A stretch of DNA of 64,000 nt from an uncultured Acidobacteriota bacterium (GTDB taxonomy: Bacteria; Acidobacteriota; Thermoanaerobaculia; UBA5066), in the NCBI GenBank assembly GCA_963836285.1, contig CAWIIN010000003.1, positions 14,708 through 78,707 of the forward strand, in the 5' to 3' direction. Within the stretch, counting starts at the first letter, position 1. Every line of letters starts with the position of its first letter. The translations under genes and the position numbers were made by a program. Under the pieces are notes generated by a model, which saw nothing but the letters and a program-made list of their open reading frames with translations, did no database searches and was not told where the DNA came from. Of this stretch, positions 39,442 to 47,058 are shown in pieces.

Positions 39442-41684
39442 AGCGCCGCGAGCGCGCGCGAGGCCCGGTCGATCTTGCGGTAGACCGGGATGCCGCCGCG
39501 CTGGAGGACCATGACGAAGTCGTCGTAGAGGCGGCCGGAGTCGACGTTCACGACGACGGGCTTCTGCGTTTCCCGGAAGAGGCGCAAGAGCTCCTGCGCG
39601 AGCGACTCCCTCGAGAAGAGGTTCTCCGCGTGCGCGCCGTACGGGTCCGGCGCGAGTATGTCGAGCGCGGGCGTGACGGGGATCGGAGAGACGAGGAGCA
39701 TGTCGACGCCGGGGTCGTCCAGCATCGCGGCAGCCGCCTCGACGAACGCGGGCGTGTCCGCCATCGGCGTCGCGTCGACGGGGTTCGCCGCGTGCGCGAT
39801 CCCGGGGAGGCACGCCTTCAGGCGCGCGGCGGTCTCGCCCGAGAACACGGCAGGCGCGAGGCCGTAGAGCTTGTCGAGGACCGCCGAGCACTCGAAGCCC
39901 GCGTTCGAGAGCACCGCGAGGCGGCGTCCCCCGGGCGGCCTCTCGCCGAGCATCGTGTGGACCTTCGTGAAGTCCTCGAACATGTCGAGCGTCTGCGCGA
40001 CCTGGACGCCCGCACCCTCGAGGAGAGCCTTCGCGACCGCATAGTCGCCCGCGAGAGACGCCGTGTGGCTCCGCGCGGCCTCGGCGCCGAGCGCGGTCTT
40101 CCCCGCCTTGAAGACGATCACCTGCCGGCCCTCGGCGGTGACGCGACGCGCGACTCTCACGAACCTCTCGCCGTCGCCCGGCGCGAACCCCTCGATGTAG
40201 AAGGCGAGAAGCCGCACGGTCGGATCGTCCGCGAAGAACTCGAGGAAGTCCGCGGCCGTGAGGTCCATCTGATTTCCATAGGAGATGGACGCGCGCGGGA
40301 AGACGATTCCGTCGAGGTTGCTCGTCAGGGAGACGAGGTACGCGCCGCTCTGCGACACCGCGACGAGCGAGTCGCCCCGCGCGTCGTGGAAGGGCAGCTT
40401 GTACTGCGGCAGGAAGAACGTGTTGTACTGGCGCTTCGACACGATCCCGAGGCAGTTGCCGCCGACGAGGACGGGGCCGCCGTCGGGACGCGCGTGCGCG
40501 TCGGCGAGCGTCTTGCGAAGGGCGGCCTCGAGATCGCCGCGGCCCGCCTCGCCGAAACCTCCCGGGATCAGGATCATCGACTCGGCCTTCCCGGCCGCGA
40601 GCGCGGCCACGACCTCGACCGCGGCGGGTGCCGGCACGGAGACGACCGCGAGGTCGACCTTCTCGGGAAGGGCCGCGACGGACGGGACGCACGGGACGCC
40701 GTCGATAGCCTTCTCTTTCGGATGCACGGCCCAGAGCTTGCCGTACGCGATGCCGTCGGACTGCTTGAGGTTTTTCAGGATGATGCGGCCGGGATTCGCA
40801 CTGGACGCGGAGGCGCCGATGACGGCCGCGCTCTTCGGAGCGAGGAGCGAAGAGATCTTCGAAAGGGGGCGCGCGACGCCCGCCGCGCGCCGGAGGGAGA
40901 ACTTCGCCTTGCCGTCCGCGGCGACCCAGCGGCCGTCCGCACAGAGCAGGATTGGATTGACTTCCAGCTCCTCGAGAGTCGGATGGCCGGGAGCATTCGA
41001 GGGGGAGAAAGAAGAAAGATGCTTAGAAAGGCTTTCGAGCAGCGAGGCCACCGCATCGAGCTCGAGGGGCGCCTGCGCTCGGGCCCTATTACCTTCGAAG
41101 AAAATCTTCAGCGCCGGCTGCTTGTCCACCGCGGCCTGGAGGCCTTGCTTCACCTCTCCGGGCCTGAGGATCGCGGTCGACGCGTTCGCGGCGCCCTGCG
41201 TGAGCTCGCCATACCACTCCGTCAGCAGCCCTCCGAGCCCGAAGACCAGCACCGGCCCGAATGCCGGGTCGTGCTTGAACGAGAGGAGCGCCTCGGCGGC
41301 GGGCGTACCCGTGGCGGGAACGAGCTTCTCGACGACGAGGATGCCGGAAAGAAACGCCTCGGGCGCCCGGTGGGAGACGTCCGTCCAGATCCTCTGCGCC
41401 GCAGCGAGAACGGACGCGGGAGATTTCTTGGAAAGTGAATATCCGCCGACGTCGCTCTTGTGAAGGATGCGCTCCGCCGCGACCTTGAGGACGACCTCGT
41501 CCCCCTCGCCCGTATGACCTTCTAAGAAATCTTCTAATGCCCTTTCGACCTTCTTCGGCTCGCCCGGCCAGAAGAAATGCCTCGGCACGTCAAAGCCCGC
41601 CCGCGCGAGCAGCGCGTAGACCTCGTGCTCGAGGAGCGCGGCCCGGCCCGGCGCAAGGACCGAAGCGGCCTCCCGCGGCGTCAT
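39432..41684 (-). CDS. ADP-forming acetate/acyl-CoA ligase, fused (ATP-grasp then CoA-binding domains)
   Basis: HKSDVGG; DPAFGPVLVFGLGG; ELEVNP; GGNCLG; SQSG; phospho-His SHTASLAG. Confidence 0.9.
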   Translation of the reverse strand: MTPREAASVLAPGRAALLEHEVYALLARAGFDVPRHFFWPGEPKKVERALEDFLEGHTGEGDEVVLKVAAERILHKSDVGGYSLSKKSPASVLAAAQRIWTDVSHRAPEAFLSGILVVEKLVPATGTPAAEALLSFKHDPAFGPVLVFGLGGLLTEWYGELTQGAANASTAILRPGEVKQGLQAAVDKQPALKIFFEGNRARAQAPLELDAVASLLESLSKHLSSFSPSNAPGHPTLEELEVNPILLCADGRWVAADGKAKFSLRRAAGVARPLSKISSLLAPKSAAVIGASASSANPGRIILKNLKQSDGIAYGKLWAVHPKEKAIDGVPCVPSVAALPEKVDLAVVSVPAPAAVEVVAALAAGKAESMILIPGGFGEAGRGDLEAALRKTLADAHARPDGGPVLVGGNCLGIVSKRQYNTFFLPQYKLPFHDARGDSLVAVSQSGAYLVSLTSNLDGIVFPRASISYGNQMDLTAADFLEFFADDPTVRLLAFYIEGFAPGDGERFVRVARRVTAEGRQVIVFKAGKTALGAEAARSHTASLAGDYAVAKALLEGAGVQVAQTLDMFEDFTKVHTMLGERPPGGRRLAVLSNAGFECSAVLDKLYGLAPAVFSGETAARLKACLPGIAHAANPVDATPMADTPAFVEAAAAMLDDPGVDMLLVSPIPVTPALDILAPDPYGAHAENLFSRESLAQELLRLFRETQKPVVVNVDSGRLYDDFVMVLQRGGIPVYRKIDRASRALAALCR
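41018..41106. repeat. Bipartite inverted motif, pair C (intragenic)
   Basis: GATGCTTAGAAAGG (41018-41031), 59 bp spacer, ACCTTCGAAGAAAATC (41091-41106). Confidence 0.65.
41422..41531. repeat. Bipartite inverted motif, pair D (intragenic)
   Basis: GATTTCTTGGAAAGT (41422-41436), 80 bp spacer, ACCTTCTAAGAAATC (41517-41531). Confidence 0.75.
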
Positions 41685-41956
41685 GCCCCGGGGAATCCCC
41701 GCATCTGGAGCTGCATCGCCTCGAGGCCTTCCAGCATGCGGGTCACCTGGACGCACTGGTCGCAGTTCGCGTGGACGCTCGCGCACGGCACGCCGTCGGC
41801 CATGTGCTCGGGACACTTCGGCTCGCGCGCGAGCTCGATGAGCCCCTCGACGAGCGCGTTCACGCGCGTCCTCAGCGCGGACTCGGGGACCTCGCGCAGA
41901 GTGTTCACGAGGTGCCACTCGGCAGGGGTCAGGCTGTGCGACTTGTTCGTTTCCAT
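41681..41956 (-). CDS. Small Cys-rich hypothetical protein inside the oxidoreductase/ligase operon
   Basis: RBS ggagggg plus ATG; METNKSHSLTPAEW...; C-x9-C-x6-C-x2-C; ATGA overlap with the ligase. Confidence 0.8.
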   Translation of the reverse strand: METNKSHSLTPAEWHLVNTLREVPESALRTRVNALVEGLIELAREPKCPEHMADGVPCASVHANCDQCVQVTRMLEGLEAMQLQMRGFPGA

Positions 41957-41967
41957 GGTCCCCTCCG

Positions 41968-43389
41968 TCAGTGACCGGGCGCCGCGACGGACTTGACGCC
42001 CCAGGCGAACGCTTCCTCGTTGAGCGGGATGAGCGCGCACTTGTCCTTGAGCGCCTGCCTCAGCGCCGTCTTGAACGATTCCTCGGGGAAGATCTTCGTC
42101 GCGGCGCAGAGCGCGCCCAGCGCGACGACGTTCTTGACCATCGCCTTGCCGAGGTCGACCGCGATCTCGGTGAACGGGACGCCGACGACTCTCACGCCGT
42201 CGGCAACCTTCGGGACGTCGTGGATCACGGAGCTGTCGTACACGATCGTCCCGCCGGGGACGACGTCCGGCGCGAATTTCGCGAGGCTCGGCGCGTTGAA
42301 GGCGACGAGGATCCTCGGGTGCGGCGAGGCCGGCGAGAGGACCTCGTCCTCCGCGACGTGGACGTCGGCGTACGACGTGCCGCCGCGCGACTCCGGCCCG
42401 TAGCTCGGGATGTGCGTCGCGTCGAAGCCCTCGGCGATGGCGGCCCGCGCGATGAGCATTGCAGCCGTCTGGGCGCCGTCGCCGCCCGCTCCCGCGAGCT
42501 TGAGCGCGACGTCCTTGCCGCCGAGATGCTCCGGAAAGCCCTTCGCGAAGCGCGGCGGCTTCTCGGCGGAGGCGCCGACGAGGCCCGTGAGGCGCTCCGC
42601 GTCGAAGCTCGGCGGCGGGACCTTCGCGTGCGGCTCGACGACGACGTCCTTCTTCACGCCGAGCGGGAAGACCGGGAGCATGCACTCCTTCACCCATTTC
42701 TCGGTCTCCTCGGGCGTCATCCCGAGGTGCGTCGGGCACTCGGCGAGGACCTCGACGAACGCGAAGCCGCGGTTCTCGACCTGGAGCCGCATCGCCTTCT
42801 TGATCGCCTTCTGGGCCTTGATCCGCTGCTTGGCGTCGTAGAGGGCGACCCTCTCCACGTAGACGGGCCCGTCGAGGCCGGCGATCAGCTCGGCCATCTT
42901 CATCGGCAGGCCCATCGCGGCCGTCCGGCCGTACGGGCTCGTCGCGCTCTTCTGGCCCATGAGCGTCGTCGGCGCCATCTGGCCGCCCGTCATCCCGTAG
43001 ATCGCGTTGTTCACGAAGATCACGGTGATCGGGATTCCGAGCTGCGCCGTCGAGACGATCTCCGCGAGACCGATCGAGGCGAGGTCGCCGTCGCCCTGGT
43101 AGCTCACGACGATCGACTCCGGGTTCGCGAGCTTGTGGCCGATCGCGACGGCGGGCGCGCGGCCGTGGGCCGCCTGCGAGTTGCCGACGTCGAAGTAGTA
43201 GTAGAGGAAGACGGAGCAGCCGACGGGCGAGATCGCGACCGTGCGGTCCTGGATCCCGAGCTCTTCGATCGCGTCGGCGAGGTACTTGTGGGCGAGGCCG
43301 TGGCCGCAGCCCGGGCAGTAGTGCGTCGCATGGGCCTTCAGGCCCTCGCCGCCGGAGTGACGCTCGAAGTTCTCGTAAAAGACGCTCAC
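41968..43389 (-). CDS. 2-oxoacid:ferredoxin oxidoreductase, fused beta (TPP-binding) and gamma subunits
   Basis: YCPGCGHG; PVGCS; GDGDLASIG; NNAIYGMTGGQ; gamma motif SYGPESRGG. Confidence 0.92.
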   Translation of the reverse strand: MSVFYENFERHSGGEGLKAHATHYCPGCGHGLAHKYLADAIEELGIQDRTVAISPVGCSVFLYYYFDVGNSQAAHGRAPAVAIGHKLANPESIVVSYQGDGDLASIGLAEIVSTAQLGIPITVIFVNNAIYGMTGGQMAPTTLMGQKSATSPYGRTAAMGLPMKMAELIAGLDGPVYVERVALYDAKQRIKAQKAIKKAMRLQVENRGFAFVEVLAECPTHLGMTPEETEKWVKECMLPVFPLGVKKDVVVEPHAKVPPPSFDAERLTGLVGASAEKPPRFAKGFPEHLGGKDVALKLAGAGGDGAQTAAMLIARAAIAEGFDATHIPSYGPESRGGTSYADVHVAEDEVLSPASPHPRILVAFNAPSLAKFAPDVVPGGTIVYDSSVIHDVPKVADGVRVVGVPFTEIAVDLGKAMVKNVVALGALCAATKIFPEESFKTALRQALKDKCALIPLNEEAFAWGVKSVAAPGH

Positions 43390-44795
43390 GCGACCACCTC
43401 CTCGCGGGCCAGGACCGCGTTCGCGACTTCGACCGTTTGCGGCAGGACGCCGCCCATGTGGCGGACGTGCTCGATCGCGGGCCCGGTGAGCCCCGCGTGC
43501 GAGAGGGCGAGCCTCAGCTCGTCCTCGAGCTGACCCGCGGACGCCTCGACGACGACGAGGCGCCGGGCCTTCGGGAGGAGCGGCGCGAGCGCGTCGATCG
43601 GGAACGGCCACACGCTGACGGGCCGGAAGAGGCCGGCCTTGACGCCCTGCCGGCGCAGCGCTTCGACGGCGCCCTTGGCCATGCGGGCCGGCGTCCCGAT
43701 CGAAATGACGAGCACCTCCGCGTCGTCGCAGAGGAAGAGGTCGGCGCGCTGCTCGGCGGCCTGCATGCGCGCGTATTTCTCGTTGAGGTGGATGTTGAAG
43801 TTCTCGAGGTCCCTCTCGTCGAGATAGATCGACGACATGAGGTTGCCGCGGTGCGCGGCGTCGCCGAAGACCGCCCAGTCCGGAAGTCCCGGCTTGATCA
43901 TCGTCTCCGGGAGGACGACCTTGCCCGTCATCTGCCCGAGGTAGCCGTCCGCGAGAAGGACGACCGGGTTGCGGTACTTGAACGCGAGCTCGAACGACAG
44001 TCGCGCGAGGTCGAGCATCTCCTGCGGCGTCGAGGCCGCGAGGGTGATCGCGTGCGTGTTCCCGTGACCGAGGCCGCGGCACGCGAGCTTCACGTCGGCC
44101 TGCTCGGGCGCGATGTTCCCGAGTCCCGGGCCGCCGCGCATCACGTTCACGAAGACGCCCGGCACCTCGGAGCCGATCATGTAGGAGATCCCCTCCAGCA
44201 TCAGAGAGAAGCCCGGCGAGGACGTGAACGTCATGCAGGGCAGACCCGCGCCGCCGCAGCCGTACATCATGTTGACGGTCGCGACTTCGCTGACCGCCTG
44301 GAGGAAGACGCCGTCGAGCTTCGGCTGGAGCTTCGCCATGAGCTCGGCGCCTTCCGTCGAAGGCGTGATCGGGTATCCGAAGACGTGCCGGCAGCCCGCG
44401 AGGAGCGCGCCGACCGCGGCCGCGTAGTTCCCCTTCAGGACGAGAGGCTCCGACTTCGGGAGGGCGACAATCTCGGGCGGGACCGGCGCGGGTTTCGGCC
44501 GCGCCGAGGCGCGCTTGCCGAAGAGCTTCGCCGGGTCCTGCAGCTCGAAGTCCTCGCCTTTCCTCGGCTCGGGCCTGAGGCCGTAGGGCTCCGGGCAGGC
44601 GTCGATGCACAGGCCGCAGGCGTTGCAGTGGTCGAGGTTCAGGACGACGGGCACGAGACCCGTGAGCGGGTTGATCTCGTGTCCGACCTCGATGCAGTGC
44701 TTCGCGCAGGATTCGATGCAGCGCCCGCAGCCCTTGCAGAACTCCGGGAGCAGCAGCGGCTTGGGTCGTTCGCGAACGGGGGCCGTCGTGGCCAT
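43386..44795 (-). CDS. 2-oxoacid:ferredoxin oxidoreductase, fused delta (2[4Fe-4S]) and alpha subunits, Vor-like
   Basis: CKGCGRCIESC and CNACGLCIDACP; YPITPSTE; MRGGPGLGNI. Confidence 0.92.
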   Translation of the reverse strand: MATTAPVRERPKPLLLPEFCKGCGRCIESCAKHCIEVGHEINPLTGLVPVVLNLDHCNACGLCIDACPEPYGLRPEPRKGEDFELQDPAKLFGKRASARPKPAPVPPEIVALPKSEPLVLKGNYAAAVGALLAGCRHVFGYPITPSTEGAELMAKLQPKLDGVFLQAVSEVATVNMMYGCGGAGLPCMTFTSSPGFSLMLEGISYMIGSEVPGVFVNVMRGGPGLGNIAPEQADVKLACRGLGHGNTHAITLAASTPQEMLDLARLSFELAFKYRNPVVLLADGYLGQMTGKVVLPETMIKPGLPDWAVFGDAAHRGNLMSSIYLDERDLENFNIHLNEKYARMQAAEQRADLFLCDDAEVLVISIGTPARMAKGAVEALRRQGVKAGLFRPVSVWPFPIDALAPLLPKARRLVVVEASAGQLEDELRLALSHAGLTGPAIEHVRHMGGVLPQTVEVANAVLAREEVVA

Positions 44796-44874
44796 GGAGG
44801 ACCCTCCGAAACGAAATTTGACGGCCTCGCGCACAATTCCGCCAGAGAGCAGATGAATCAGGGTCTCAAGTCCT

Positions 44875-46059
44875 TCAGAAAGAAGAACCTGCGCCGCCGC
44901 CGCCGAAGCTGCCACCGCCTCCGGTGAAGCCGGGCTCGTCGGGGGGCCTCGCGGCCGGCGCGTGTGCCCCGAGGACCGGCACGAGCTCGACCGCGCGGAA
45001 GGCCGCCTCGTCCGCGTAGAGCGCGTCCGCCGTGAACCCCTCGCGCTCGCCTTCCGGACCGCGGCGCAGCCACCGGTTCACCGCGAGCGCGCCGCCCACG
45101 AGAAGGACGCCGGCAGCCGTGACGACGACCCGCAGGTCCGCGACGTGGACGTACGCGCGTAGTGTCACGAGCGAGAGGGCCGCCAGGACGAGCCCCGCGT
45201 CGAGGAGGAGCCGTCGGCGCCTCACGACGCCGCGCAGGAAGACCGCGGCCGGCACGAGGGCCGTCGCGAGGATCGAAAGGACGACGGCCCCGTCACCCGG
45301 CCAGGCGCCGTTCCGCGCCCGGCCGTGCCCGGCGAGGTCTTCGATCATCCCGTGGTCGAGCGACCAGAAGTTCACGGCGGCGTAGACGGCCGCGATTCCG
45401 CAGACGACGAGACCCGACGCGCACGTCCGGTGCGACGGCGCCCACGATGCCCGGTCCGTGTAGCGCTCCGACAGCGTGCTGAGCGCAACGCCGCCCGCGA
45501 TCCACAGGAGCCGCCCGTACGGCGCGCGCGCGAGAAGGATGAAGAGGGCCGCCGCCGAGAAGCCCGCAAAGGCGGCGATTCCCCAGCGCCACGCGGCGAG
45601 AGCGAACAACCCCGCGGCCCCGGCCAGAACGAGGTTCGGACCCTCGGGCTCACGCAGGTGAAGAGTTTCTTCGAGTAGGAGGAAGAGGCCGCCGATCAGG
45701 AGAACGACGCCCCAGAACCCCGCCGCCTCGACGCCGCCGCGGAGCGACATCGCAGGCGATCTCGCCTGGAGCTCCGCTATGGCAACGAATGCCATACCGA
45801 AGACGGCGCACAGGACCCACGCGCCGGAGGCGTTCGGGCTCGTGGAGAGGACGAACGCGCCGAAGACGGCGAGGAGGACGAAGCTGGAGAGAACGAAGAA
45901 AAGGACGCGCCAGAGCGGCGCCGGCAATGTCCTCGGCTCCGGATAGCGCCTGGAGATTTCTTCGAAGGTGCCCGAGCTGATCGCACCCGCTCTCTTCCAG
46001 CCGCGAGCGGCGGCGCGGACCTCCTCGACGCGCTCGGCCGCGACCCATGCCCCTTTCAT
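44875..46059 (-). CDS. Multi-pass membrane protein with Gly-rich C-terminal tail
   Basis: About 10 hydrophobic segments; ends GGGGSFGGGGAGSSF; follows the DUF2157 gene. Confidence 0.75.
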   Translation of the reverse strand: MKGAWVAAERVEEVRAAARGWKRAGAISSGTFEEISRRYPEPRTLPAPLWRVLFFVLSSFVLLAVFGAFVLSTSPNASGAWVLCAVFGMAFVAIAELQARSPAMSLRGGVEAAGFWGVVLLIGGLFLLLEETLHLREPEGPNLVLAGAAGLFALAAWRWGIAAFAGFSAAALFILLARAPYGRLLWIAGGVALSTLSERYTDRASWAPSHRTCASGLVVCGIAAVYAAVNFWSLDHGMIEDLAGHGRARNGAWPGDGAVVLSILATALVPAAVFLRGVVRRRRLLLDAGLVLAALSLVTLRAYVHVADLRVVVTAAGVLLVGGALAVNRWLRRGPEGEREGFTADALYADEAAFRAVELVPVLGAHAPAARPPDEPGFTGGGGSFGGGGAGSSF

Positions 46060-46065
46060 GGAATC
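45955..46065. repeat. Bipartite inverted motif, pair E (spans a start codon)
   Basis: GATTTCTTCGAAGGT (45955-45969), 81 bp spacer, CCCTTTCATGGAATC (46051-46065), then a pyrimidine tract. Confidence 0.6.
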
Positions 46066-46094
46066 TCTCTTTTCTTCCTCTTTCTCTTTCCGTC

Positions 46095-47057
46095 TCACAA
46101 AACCCTCGTTCGCCGGTGAGCGAGGACGATCGCCGCGAGCGCGGCGAGGGCGAGCAGCGCGGCGAGGAGGAGGCGGCCCGCGAAGTCGCTCCCTCCGCCC
46201 GAGAAGACGCCCCGGAGGAGGCCCACGTACGCCGCGAGAACCGCCTGCGCGAACGGCAGCGTCCGCTTGTACCGGTACGCGGCCAACGCGACTGCCGCCG
46301 AGACGACGAGGAGGGCGAGGAGCCAGACACCCCAGTCCAGCGGCGTGAAGACGCCCGACAGGAGGCCCGTGAGGACGAGCAGGGCTCCCCCGTTCACCCA
46401 GACGTCCTCGAAGTGCGCCTTCTTCCCGTTGCGGGCCGTCACGATGCCGGCGGCCGCGAAGAGGGCGCCCGTCGCGAGAGCCTCCGATCGGAGGCGCGCG
46501 ACGTCGCCCGCCCCGAGCGACCCGTGCGCAAGGCTCAGGGAGATTCCGCGCCACGCCGCGAACGAGGCGAGCGCGAGGGAGAGGAGCATCTTCGAGTCGA
46601 ACCGGTACGCGAGCGCGGCATAGAAGAGCGCGAGGACGAGGAGGTGGAGCGGCCACGCGTTGCCGAGAAGCTTCGACTGCGCCTCGACCCACGCGAGATC
46701 GGCCGCGACGAGGAGCGCGCCGAGGAGGAGGACGTAGTCGAACGCCGGATGCGGGGAGGCGGACGGGCCCCACGACGCGGGCGCGGACCGCCGCCACGCC
46801 CAGGCGAGGCACGCGCCGGCCGCGAGCGCGACGGCCCCGGCGACGGCGGACGGGCCGATCCGGTCGACGTTCTCCTTCAGGAGGAGCCCGACCCCCGAGA
46901 CGACGAGGAGAACGCCGACGTAGAGGGCCGTGCGGATCTCCGCGCGCACGGACACGAGCTCCCCGCGCGCGACGCGCGAAAACGGCGCCGCCTGCTGCTC
47001 CTCCAGCGCCCCGTCCGCACGGAGCCGGTCGACGGCGGCCGCGACCTCGGGGCTCAT
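46095..47057 (-). CDS. DUF2157-like membrane protein
   Basis: SVRAEIRTALYVGVLL; FDYVLLLGALL; AYRFD. Confidence 0.75.
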   Translation of the reverse strand: MSPEVAAAVDRLRADGALEEQQAAPFSRVARGELVSVRAEIRTALYVGVLLVVSGVGLLLKENVDRIGPSAVAGAVALAAGACLAWAWRRSAPASWGPSASPHPAFDYVLLLGALLVAADLAWVEAQSKLLGNAWPLHLLVLALFYAALAYRFDSKMLLSLALASFAAWRGISLSLAHGSLGAGDVARLRSEALATGALFAAAGIVTARNGKKAHFEDVWVNGGALLVLTGLLSGVFTPLDWGVWLLALLVVSAAVALAAYRYKRTLPFAQAVLAAYVGLLRGVFSGGGSDFAGRLLLAALLALAALAAIVLAHRRTRVL

Positions 47058-47058
47058 C

